Positions 46,901 to 62,290 of a DNA stretch of 64,000 bases are shown here, piece after piece. How positions within the stretch are numbered: the stretch's first letter is position 1; every line of letters begins with the position of its first letter. Under the pieces are notes generated by a model, which saw nothing but the letters and a program-made list of their open reading frames with translations, searched no databases and was not told the DNA's origin. The DNA lies in the NCBI GenBank assembly GCA_020137815.1, contig CM035357.1, positions 5,270,001-5,334,000 of the forward strand, given 5' to 3'. Source of the stretch: Hormiphora californensis. Its lineage: Eukaryota; Animalia; Ctenophora. The position numbers and the translations under genes were made by a program.

Positions 46901-48864
46901 TGTCGAGGCTGCGACGACTAGGTACCACATCTCACCTTCTGACGATACACGTTCCATTGTCAACGAAGGAAAAGAGGCACTAACCAAAGCGTACTTAGTT
47001 GTCGAAGAGGAAATCCTTGACAGAAAAATCAAAAATGTAGAACGAGCGTCACGGAATGCAAAGACGAAAGAATCATGGAGGCTTGTAGACGAAATCTCGG
47101 GGAGGAAGGATAGACAACCTATCCAAATTGAAGGAGCGTCCCCAGAAGATCGGAAAGCCAAATGGTTCAGCCATTTCCAGTCGCTCCTCGGGACAGAACC
47201 ACCGGATGAAGAAGATCAAGATATCCCGGAAGTGTTCCCCCGAGCTGATATCTACGATGGACCCTTTACGGAAGAGGAGTTTAAGAGGTCGAAAGAGCGG
47301 ATTAAGGAGGACAAGGCCTATGGAAATGATGCCATCGCACCTGAGATCTTGAAGCGATGCGACCTTGACGACATTGTTCTTGCCTTTTGCAACGATGCTT
47401 TGGACGGAAAGGGGATCCCTGAGCAGTGGACTCTGAGTAATCTTGTTCCCGTCCCTAAAAAGGGTGACCTTACTCAGCCCGGAAATTACAGAGGGATTGC
47501 ACTAACATCGATAGTGGCGAAAACTATGAACCGCATGATTCTACACCGGATTCGGCCTTACATTGAGTCAGTCCTTCTTGATTCTCAGAACGGTTTCAGG
47601 GAGGAAAGGTCTACTGTAAGCCACATCCTTACCCTCAGAAGAGCCTTTGAAGGTGCTACTGCCAAACAGCTTCCCCTGGCGGTAGCCTTTATAGACTTTG
47701 TTAAGGCTTTTGATTCTATCAATCGGAAACGGATGATTAAGGTTCTCAGGGCCTATGGTATCCCAGGGAAGATCGTTGACCTCATCCAGTGGATGTATAG
47801 TAACACTAGAGCACAGGTGCTCACCCCGGACGGACTAACAGACATATTTGAAATAGTTGCCGGGGTGTTGCAGGGAGATACACTAGCGCCCTACCTGTTT
47901 ATCATTGTGCTCGATTACTGTATGCGAACAGCACTGGAGAGGCACCCTGATATTGGATTTACACTGAAACCTGCCCGAAGTAGAAGAGTATGTGCAAAGA
48001 GAGTAACTGACACAGATTTTGCTGATGACGTTGCTCTTCTTGCTGATTCGGTGGGGGATCTTGGGGTTCTTATGCGGGAGGTGGAGAGCGCCTGTAAGGA
48101 GGTAGGGCTAGAGATAAATCGAGCTAAGACGGAATACATGGTCGAGGGAATTCCGGATCCGGATACTCTCCACAGTATCGACGGAACCCGTATCAAACTC
48201 TCAGACGACTTTAAGTATCTTGGCTCTTGGATAAGAGACTCAAAGAGGGACATCAAGGTTAGGAAGGCTAAGGCCTGGAATGCATGTCATGGGCTCAGGA
48301 ACATCTGGACGTCGAAACTCAGGGACGAGATCAAAGCTAGACTTTTTGTAGCAACAGTTGAAACGGTCCTCCTGTATGGATGCGAAACCTGGACGCTTAC
48401 AAAGGATATGGAGCGGAGTCTCAATGGTACCTACACCAGAATGCTGAGGATGGCACTAAATAAGAACCAGTATCTCCTCCAGATGAACAACGCCACATTG
48501 TATGGTATCGGGAAACTCCCTATTCTCAGCACCAAGATCGCTGAAAGGAGACTCAGACTCGCCGGCCATGCTGCACGTCATCCGGAACTAACGCTCAACA
48601 AAGTGTTACTTTGGGAGCCTCTCCACGGACACTCCAGACGAGGGCGACCAAAACAGACCTTTGTGGATGTACTGCGGCGGGACACGGGACTCAGGGAAAC
48701 CTCCGAAATAGCTTCTTTGATGGCTGATCGTGTAGAGTGGAGAAATGTTATCCATGGAGTTCGGAAATACCACACGTGGAATCCGCCCTAAGTCAGTAAG
48801 TCAAAGTCTCTCTCTCTCTCCCTCTCTCTCCCAACACTTACAGCTCACGCAGGTAGTCTCCCAT
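43965..48864 (-). CDS. CRK: Crk/CrkL-like SH2 adaptor, first two coding exons (remainder not located)
   Basis: Exon 48864-48842 (ATG GGA GAC TAC CTG CGT GAG CT|gtaagt) splices in phase 2 to exon 44096-43965. This gives MGDYLRELWYIGKISRAVTNELLQGKEPGLYLVRDSSTCKGDFVLCVSENNR, matching the Crk-family N-terminal SH2 (WY.G..SR......L.....G.FLVRDSST..GD.VL.VSEN.R). Downstream SH2/SH3 exons were not found; the adjacent sequence is low quality. Confidence 0.8.
44277..46249. mobile_element. Non-autonomous TA-target DNA transposon (Tc1/mariner-like) with ~160 bp TIRs
   Basis: TA|CCGCGTGGGCCAATAAAAAGGGAGGGTC...GACCCTCCCTTTTTATTGGCCCACGCGG|TA. TIRs at 44277-44438 and 46090-46249. No transposase ORF. Confidence 0.85.
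44843..45834. mobile_element. Fold-back non-autonomous DNA transposon, TTAA target (Kolobok-like), same termini as 8285-9256
   Basis: TTAA|GGCCAGAGGGGGGGGTC...GACCCCCCCCTCTGGCC|TTAA. Arms ~485 bp with a spacer at ~45328-45349. Nested inside the 44277-46249 element. Confidence 0.85.
46439..48808 (+). mobile_element. RTE-clade non-LTR retrotransposon, 5'-truncated, open ORF (APE C-terminus + reverse transcriptase)
   Basis: Uninterrupted frame 46440-48791. It has the end of an APE endonuclease (RLWTF...LDYIL...IGSDHRLL), RT motifs NYRGIAL, QNGFR, FIDFVKAFDS, QGDTLAPYLF, DFADD and FKYLG, and an RTE-type C-terminus (LLYGCETW, RRGRPK). Almost no 3'UTR; short-repeat tail TAAGTCAGTAAGTCAAAGTC. Flanked by (CT)n on both sides and antisense within the Crk intron. 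Confidence 0.93.
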
Positions 48865-49016
48865 TGCTACCTCAGATCACATTCAGTTGAAATCACGCTC
48901 AGCTTTACAGCTCACCCACCATAGCTACATGGAATAGAGTAGTTAGCTACAAAGAATAGTAGTAGAGTTAGCTACAAAAAATAGATAGTAGTGGATTTAG
49001 ATACATACAACAGAGA

Positions 49017-49591
49017 GGGTAGAGATTGTCAGTGCAGGAGTAACACACTACTTAGAGGGTGGAGATTGTCAGGGGTAACACACTAGGGTGGAGATTGTCA
49101 GGGGTAACACACTATAAAGGTAGAGATTGTCAGGGGTAACACACTAGGGTGGAGATTGTCAGGGGTAACACACTAGGGTGGAGATTGTCAGGGGTAACAC
49201 ACTAGGGTGGAGATTGTCAGGGGTAACACACTATAAAGGTAGAGATTGTCAGGGGTAACACACTAGGGTGGAGATTGTCAGGGGTAACACACTAGGGTGG
49301 AGATTGTCAGGGGTAACACACTAGGGTGGAGATTGTCAGGGGTAACACACTATAAAGGTAGAGATTGTCAGGGGTAACACACTATAAAGGTAGAGATTGT
49401 CAGGGGTAACACACTAGGGTGGAGATTGTCAGGGGTAACACACTAGGGTGGAGATTGTCAGGGGTAACACACTATAAAGGTAGAGATTGTCAGGGGTAAC
49501 ACACTATAAAGGTAGAGATTGTCAGGGGTAACACACTATAAAGGATGGAGATTGTCAGGGGTACCACACTATAAAGGGTGGAGATTGTCAG
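49017..49591. repeat. 29/31-bp minisatellite upstream of the Crk start
   Basis: About 19 copies of GGGTGGAGATTGTCAGGGGTAACACACTA and the variant TAAAGGTAGAGATTGTCAGGGGTAACACACTA. Confidence 0.95.
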
Positions 49592-50378
49592 CCGTAATAT
49601 GTGCTAGGAGAACTTTAGGAGAACAAAAAGGGATATAAGCAATGCAACAGTGAGGCGAGTTTAGCAAGAAAAATGTAAGCTTGAAAACAGGGTTTGAGAA
49701 TGAAAGGAAGTAGAAGAGGATGAGCTATAGAAATAATATTATAGAGAAGAGAGGGGAGAAATGTGATCCTAGCCCAAGCAAACTGTAAATAAAATCATCG
49801 TAGCTATGGAGAGAGAGATAGTAACAAGTGGGAGAGAGAGGGAAAGGGAAGAGATGAGAGGGAGAGAAAGAAAAGAAAGGAGAGAAGGGTAAATAGCAGA
49901 GAGCCTGTATAAGTTGTGTGTATGCTACCTCATAGTAGTCAGTAAGTGAAATGCAATTTATGCATTCCCATGCATTTATAAGTGGAGAGAGGGAGGGAGT
50001 AAGGAAGGTTAGAAATGGTCTATAACCACCAGATTCAATGAGGAACAATACAGGGAAAAGTACGGAAGACAAAAATAGGGACACTGGGAAAAGAAAGCCG
50101 GATGTGTCGTCTGTCGACAAAATATGTCATAGTTCAAAAATGAGAAACTCAAAATATAAATCTTACACACACACAACAACATTTTCAAAAGTCCCAATCC
50201 CGCCGAGTCCAGCTCTGATTTTCAAAGGTGAAAGGTCATTTAAATTAATATTTTTCAAATTTACTCCTTGGCTTTGGTAAACCCCCTTTGTACAAAATTG
50301 AAAATAATTGAACGCTACCCAAGATTTTCTGTTGGAATATCGTGGTTAAGTTCAACGGTAGTACCACTAAACACATCA

Positions 50379-55513
<5,135 letters not shown>

Positions 55514-56632
55514 TGTGAAGAAACGAACATTCCAGTGCCTACATCCGATTTAAAGAGTCAAAAGAAAAAAGACAAAAGTACAAAACTGAAAACTGTCCGG
55601 AACTTTTTCGGTAAAATTTGTTGGCATACGTTGCAGGCCCCTTATAATATAATATAAGGGGCCTGGAGGGAATACCGCGCTAGGGGGGAATACATAATCA
55701 ATCATATCTCCGGTTCCAGATAAGGTACAGAAATCGTTTTGGTAGCGTTGGAAAGAGGAAGATAACAGCTTTCAAATGCAACCGGTTTCAGGTCTCTATC
55801 TTATCAGGAACAGGAGATATGAACCAAACTCCGCAAAATCGAGTGCGGTAAAATCAAAATTTGAATGAAATTTTAAAAAAGGTGTCCCTGCAAGAATCTG
55901 TGACGTCACTTTTTGAAAACAACCCATCTTTCAACGGCTATTGCTCAGCCTCCTTAAATCCAATTAACTTCCCTCAAAAACAGCAAGGTAGATAATCGTC
56001 AGATCTAACAACTGGTGAAAGAATCAAGTCAAACGGACTTCAGGAGCCAAAGTTATAAGCACCGCCGTTTTTTCGACCGCAAAGTTATCTTCGACCCAGC
56101 CGGGATCAGGCCAAACGCGCGCGCGGCATTCCCTCCAGTCCCCTCGTTGCGGGGGTGCGCGCATGAGGGGGCTGCAGCGCATTCCAATAAAATTTGTTAA
56201 ATTTCCAAATTCTGAAAATTTAAAAATTTGAAGATTTCGAGTTTTACACGAAGCGGCGATGCACAACGAAGGAATTAAACGTAACACGCTTAAAAAAATT
56301 GTTAATGCGTTGCCAAAATCGCGCGGCGTCGATCTAAAAAGTCGCTCGCGCAATTCAATTTTTTAAAAATCGAGACTTTTTTATTTTTTTAGATTCAAAA
56401 TTCAACGTTCTGGTGCCAATTTAAGTGACCAAGGGCCAAGCGGCAAGCACCAAGCCCCATCCAATGTAGTCCCGTTGATCCTTGTGCCCCTGGACACCGC
56501 TTGCGGAGAGCTTCACCTCCACACCCCTAGACCGGTGCCGCCGCCCATGGCCCGGGAAATTACTGGACCGAATGCCCAGCACCATCCCTAGGCCAATTTT
56601 AGAAATTATTTTTCTATTTTACCAGCAGTAGC
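55514..56632. promoter_or_regulatory. Divergent (head-to-head) intergenic region between EXOC5 and SUV39H
   Basis: The two start codons are 1.1 kb apart on opposite strands. The region is locally CpG-rich (56050-56560). Confidence 0.55.
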
Positions 56633-58540
56633 ATGATAACAACATTTTTCAAGAAAAAAGAAACTCCGGAAAAGAAAGATCCTCCAAGTGAAAAGAAGAG
56701 AAACAAACAGAGTTTACTGAAGATAACAGACCATGAGATCGAGGACATTACGGGTCTTTTGTTCGCCCAGAATGAAGCTGTGGAGGAGGGAGAGAAGTTG
56801 GCTGACTGTGCCACTCCTATCAAGTCACCTGTCCGATATGCCTTCAATATAACCTCACCCAGTCACCCTAAGAAACGGCTGAAACTGTCTGGACCGGACA
56901 CATCTCCTACTCAGTAAGTGTGTTGGTTAAGTAATTACCCCTGCGTGTGGCAATAAAAGGGGTGACTTCGTAACCATTGACCAAGTAAGTGTGACAGCCG
57001 AAACAACGTATTTCTTGGTCGATCGAGCAGTCTTGGCAATTTGTTCCTTCTAGCTGTTTTGTCTGGGAGAGTTTGAACAAGTCAAAGTTAAGATCAGTAT
57101 TCAATATTCGCACATTCTTGTGAAACTAACAAACTTCATTATTTCAGTGCACCACCTCTACAATTGACTGCCCGGAAGATGTCCATTCCCTGTTTGAGAC
57201 CTCCCTCTTCCTTTCCTGACCCTCCAAAAGCAAAAGGTCAGTGCTGTTCATTTCTGCAGTACTGATCATTGCTGCTGTTTTAGGAGTTTTCTGTACATCA
57301 TGTAATTGTGTAAAAGGTAAAAAGTTCTTGATATATATTTTACAGAGTTCTACTACGTGCGACAGAGAGCACTGAATTACGCGGTGATGAGTAGAACCAA
57401 TAAACTGATCAAAGGTCCTCCGATATATTATGAGGTGTCGGCTGTTGTATCACACAAGGAGTTGAAGGTAGAGTTCTCAGCGTTTTAATTACCGACATTT
57501 TTTTTCGAAGATGTGTTAGTCCCAGCCCGTTTATCATTTTACTCTGCGATGTAGTAGCAGATGTCCAACGATTTAACTACTGTACTGTCTCGGGAGTCGG
57601 GTCTCCCTAACTTTTCTCCCCCTCCAGGGTTCCCTTTCATTCCTAGTACACTGGGCAGGATTTAGTACCAAGTATGTGAGTTGGGAACCTGTCTCCCATT
57701 TCAACTGTTGTCCTGAGCTCCTCCTAACTTACCTCAATGGTATCTTCACTAAACCAAGCCAGACTCCTGATATAGTGAGAGATGTAAAGAAGGAGATATA
57801 TAAACAGAAATATAAAATACAAACCGGCTTCAAACAGGTACATGATTTAAAAAATTAATGTTCAAGAATGAAACACATGTCTAATCCATTAATTAACAGT
57901 TTAGAGCTACTGCTTAATTAATAATTACCTACCTTCAGACGGATACTGATTTGTGGCAGATAAACCTTGAGTTGGAAAGTAAAGTTGTAAAAACTCAGTA
58001 TCGAAAAATCCTAAAGCAGTACGCCCAGAAAATATTCTGTGAACTTGGCCCTTCTTTCCCTTCAGTCGAGGTAAATTCGTTTTTTTTAATCGTGGTTTTT
58101 CGGTTTTCCTCTTTTACCATTATAATAACATGTACTACAACTATTTACTGTGAACATGGGACTTGTCACCAAATTTTCGTGGCATATCTCATACAACATC
58201 ATGTAACATCTCTTTATATTCATTCGACATTCCCCAATGGCCAATATGTTTCAGATTGTCAACACGATAGATTTTGAAGTTCCGCCCCTAAACTTCACCT
58301 TTGTGAGAGACAGGTTTGCAGGAAAAGGAGTGCACATCAGTGACGATTCACTTATAGGTATGAATTGCTTCAGCACATTGCTCCAAGATAGAAGAAATCT
58401 TGTTTAAGTGAAAAGTGAAAATATGAATGTGCGATGTAGGTAGTTACATGCTGTATGGCTTGGCTATTTTGAGCGCATACACACATGCCTGGTGTATGTT
58501 ATGTCCGGGTATTTTTAGGTTACCACATGCTGGGCAGTGG

Positions 58541-58636
<96 letters not shown>

Positions 58637-60256
58637 AGTCTCCAATCTCTCCCTCAGGTTGTGTCTGTTCTGGTGAAGGGGTATCCAAGGATTGTTGTTT
58701 GGGACCGGATGTAGAATGCTGTCCACACCTTGGGGGAGTACAACCTCCCTACAATAATGTGAGTCCAAATTAAAATCTGTGTAAAATTCAGTTGGTGAAT
58801 TGACAAATACAAGAAGCCCTTTTGTGTAATCTTCAAAAACCGAGCTAATACAAATTACCCAATTCCCCAGAAAGGACGGCTAGTTCTAAAGAGTGGTTTC
58901 CCAATTTATGAATGCAATAGCCGTTGTAGCTGTGCTCCTGATTGCGGAAATCGGATTGTTCAGAGAGGTTCTCGAGTGAAAACTGTTATCTACAAGACAC
59001 CCGACAAGGGATGGGCCCTCAAGGTGAGTGTTGTTGGAGGCTTCACGATTTTCGGCAGGCTCCCGATCCCATTATTTAGCCTGCCGAAAATAGTGAAATC
59101 TTCAACATGTTTATGTTAATCAACTGTAATTCAGTTAATCAACATAAACATGCTGGAGATTTCACCATTTTCGGCAGGCTAAATATCTGGGGTGATGATG
59201 TTTGTTACATTAAACTAACATGTTACTAACATCATTGTCCCCAACACCAGGCAACAGAGGACATACCAAAGGGTACATTTGTAGTGGAATACGTCGGTGA
59301 GGTCATCACATTTGATGATGCGGAACAAAGGGGCAAGTAAGTAGACAGTAGACTTGGCCCACTGGGTCAGACCCAGCTTAGTTTCAAGTATAGAATCGTG
59401 GCAGGGCAGGTAGTATCTACCATGGGGTGCCAAACTTTCTATTTAGTCCGTAGTAGTTCACTAGACTTTTAGAACCAGTTTGTATGACAAGTACTCCCCT
59501 TCCTCCCAGGAAATACGATGCCCAAGGGCTGACCTATCTGTTTGATCTGGATTATGATACCTCTACAAAAGAGGAACGCGGAGAACAGTTTACTATCGAT
59601 GCTGCTTTTTATGGCAATACCTCCCACTTTATCAACCATAGTGTGAGTGCCCTTGTTGAGACGACCATGATAAGCAATTATAGACATGTTTCATAGTAGT
59701 TCGATGTGGTACTTATCAAGTTATAACTTTGTCATCTTTTTGTCGTCCAACTACATTACTGTGCCCTAATTTGGGGCGGGGGTCGAACTACTTATCCCCT
59801 AATTCATCTCCATTTCAGTGTGATCCCAATCTGGCAGTTTACTCCTGCTGGATATCCAATCTTGATATCCGCCTTCCACAGATATGCCTCTTTGCCATCA
59901 AACATATACCGGTACGTGATATTATCTCATTTTTATCCGGATCCACCTTTTAGCACAATTTCTAATCTTCTGCCTTCCCTCCACTCCCCAAAAGAAGTTC
60001 CCCCGAACCCGTACCCGACCACTACTCTAAAATCCAGTTTCCAAATTTAATTTCCCTAAGTTCTATGAGTTATGACCAATACCTCTTGCCCAACACCCCA
60101 CCCTCTCTCAGTTCTCACCGGGTTTTCTCCCAATATCAGGCGGGGACGGAGCTCACATTTAACTATCAGATTGACAGGGTGGTGTCACAGGGACCCACTC
60201 AAAGTGTGAGCTGTAGATGTGGGGCAAGCAACTGCGTGGGAGTACTACATGGATAG
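56633..60256 (+). CDS. SUV39H: SUV39H/Su(var)3-9 histone H3K9 methyltransferase (chromo + pre-SET + SET + post-SET)
   Basis: Twelve phase-consistent exons: 56633-56913, 57148-57236, 57346-57467, 57628-57837, 57939-58070, 58255-58357, 58658-58758, 58871-59023, 59251-59336, 59510-59642, 59819-59911, 60140-60256. Chromodomain YEV...[17 protein letters not shown]; pre-SET GCVC...CC and [23 protein letters not shown]; [49 protein letters not shown]; post-[11 protein letters not shown]. Confidence 0.95.
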
Positions 60257-62290
60257 TAAATTAGTAGATTAATTAATATGTGGACACTGGATATTTGTAC
60301 TGTGCACGTTCTGTTGTATTGCAGTAGTTGACTAGAAAATAGGTACATAATTTAAGGGGTGTATGTTACCAAATCCGTTATTTGAAAAGTTATATTAGGA
60401 AACGAGTTGAATACTATACATTTTAATTTGCCTAAGACATGCGTTGGTAGATTGAATAAAGGATCTACGATTGAACAAGATATCATTGTTATAACAGGGC
60501 CCTATAACAGCCATAATGTTTTCAAAATGCTGTCTTCAGTCTTGTTTTCAAACTTATCCCTAGTTCATTGGTCGAATATCTGAAGCGTGTTACATGTTTG
60601 TTAATGTAATTGTGTATTATCCTTCTAATTAATATTCCAACCTACTAATTATATCTTTGTGTTTTCTGACTGTGTTATTATAATAGTGGTCGATATATAC
60701 CTGGACAGTAACTCTGGGACCCTATTGCCTGATATCATGTTAACTATCGTGGGTTGTTCGATCTACCGAGCCCTCGCAGAGTGTGAGCTACACAAATCGT
60801 TGGGTACATTCGGGGCCTGGTAAACAAGTAAAAGTAAACGACGCTCAACAGAAGAAAAAACTTGAGTGCCCGGCTTCCGGTGTCCTCGCTCTTAGCAACG
60901 TCTCCATTCGTTACGGTTAGTTACAGTAGTGATAATTGTACGGAGAGACTGGGATTTTCCCATTTTACATAAATTAACTTACAATTTTTTCATATTGGAT
61001 TTACTGTGCTCTCATGAATTTATTTTTCCCAATAATAATACATATCATATCACTACTATTATATGTATGTAAGCACGGCTGTCAAGCCATATAATGCATA
61101 TACTAATGCTTATACTGCTGGAAATAGTAAAAGAATAAGCTACGCTTCTCGCTACAATCTGATTGGTATGTATATAAATAACAAACACTAACTCGGTTTC
61201 CTATTTTTCAGATATCGAATCTTAAGAGAATCCTAGAGAGTGACTTGGTGGAGGAAGAAGGTGAAACATCTCAAAACAGAAACGGTTAGTTACCCACACT
61301 TTTTTGTTGTCTTTGTTCTCGCTAGCAATTCTTAAATTGTTCAATATCATTAATATTGTACTGAACTTTTGTTTTCATCACAGGGTATTGAAACACTGGG
61401 CCAAAGATTTTCATATATCTACTGGAGAGTGATTTTATTGGATCTTGCAGCTCCTGATTCCTGAAGAGTGAAGATGTAACCTCCATTTAAAAAGACTGCA
61501 ACTAACAATTGAAGCTAGGGAGTGTGAGAGGATTGGACGTTATATCTTATATTGGGTGGAAGCTTCCAGAACAATGAAATAATGAGTGAAGTTGTCAAAT
61601 TAATAAGTAAAGTGTGACGTTGTGTAAAATTATACTAGGACACTGCATAGGTATGAACAATATCTTAAACTTGACCTATATGAATTGACAATGTATAGGA
61701 CGTACTATTATAGCTTTATTACGTCTCCCGTGAATCATGGTTTGACTGCAGTGTGTCGCTATATAATGAACAAATTGTGAATATATGTTACAGTTTTACT
61801 TTTATTTTGTTGACTTGGTGTCAGCTTCTATCATAGTGATGAACTCGTATTTATTTAGTTCTTCAAGAGGAAACTTCTATTATCTTTTATAGCCCCCGGC
61901 CCCTATACCGATCCCAAGCGGTTAAGGGTAGCACGGACAGAAGCTTCATTCCTAGAATTCACATCTATAGGTTTCATGCGTATCGAACGGTGTTTAAAAA
62001 GACCAATCACTGCTTTATTCGCATTCGAAAATAGAGGCCAAAGGGTGTGATTACGGGTAAGTGGAAAGATCCATTATATAATGTTTCAGAAGGGATATCA
62101 TGGGTTCTGGAGATCTCTCTACTACTTTGCTTTACAGACACCGAATACCGATTCGTTTTTGCACAAGCCTAACGATTGATCGTTTGTGGTTATGCTTGTA
62201 TTCAGTGTCTGTAAAGCACAGTAGAGGGGTCTTCAAAAAGGGACGCATTACCCGATAATGAAAATCAAACATTAGCAGTTAACTTGATTC

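Noticed and set aside
49017-49591. CRISPR-like regular repeats
   Set aside because: Head-to-tail units with no unique spacers, eukaryotic context, no cas genes.
61212-61490. Exon-like segments (ISNLKRILESDLVEEEGETSQNRN; GIETLGQRFSYIYWRV) in the duplication spacer
   Set aside because: Splice phases do not join into an open frame and I recognise no homology; cannot support a gene.
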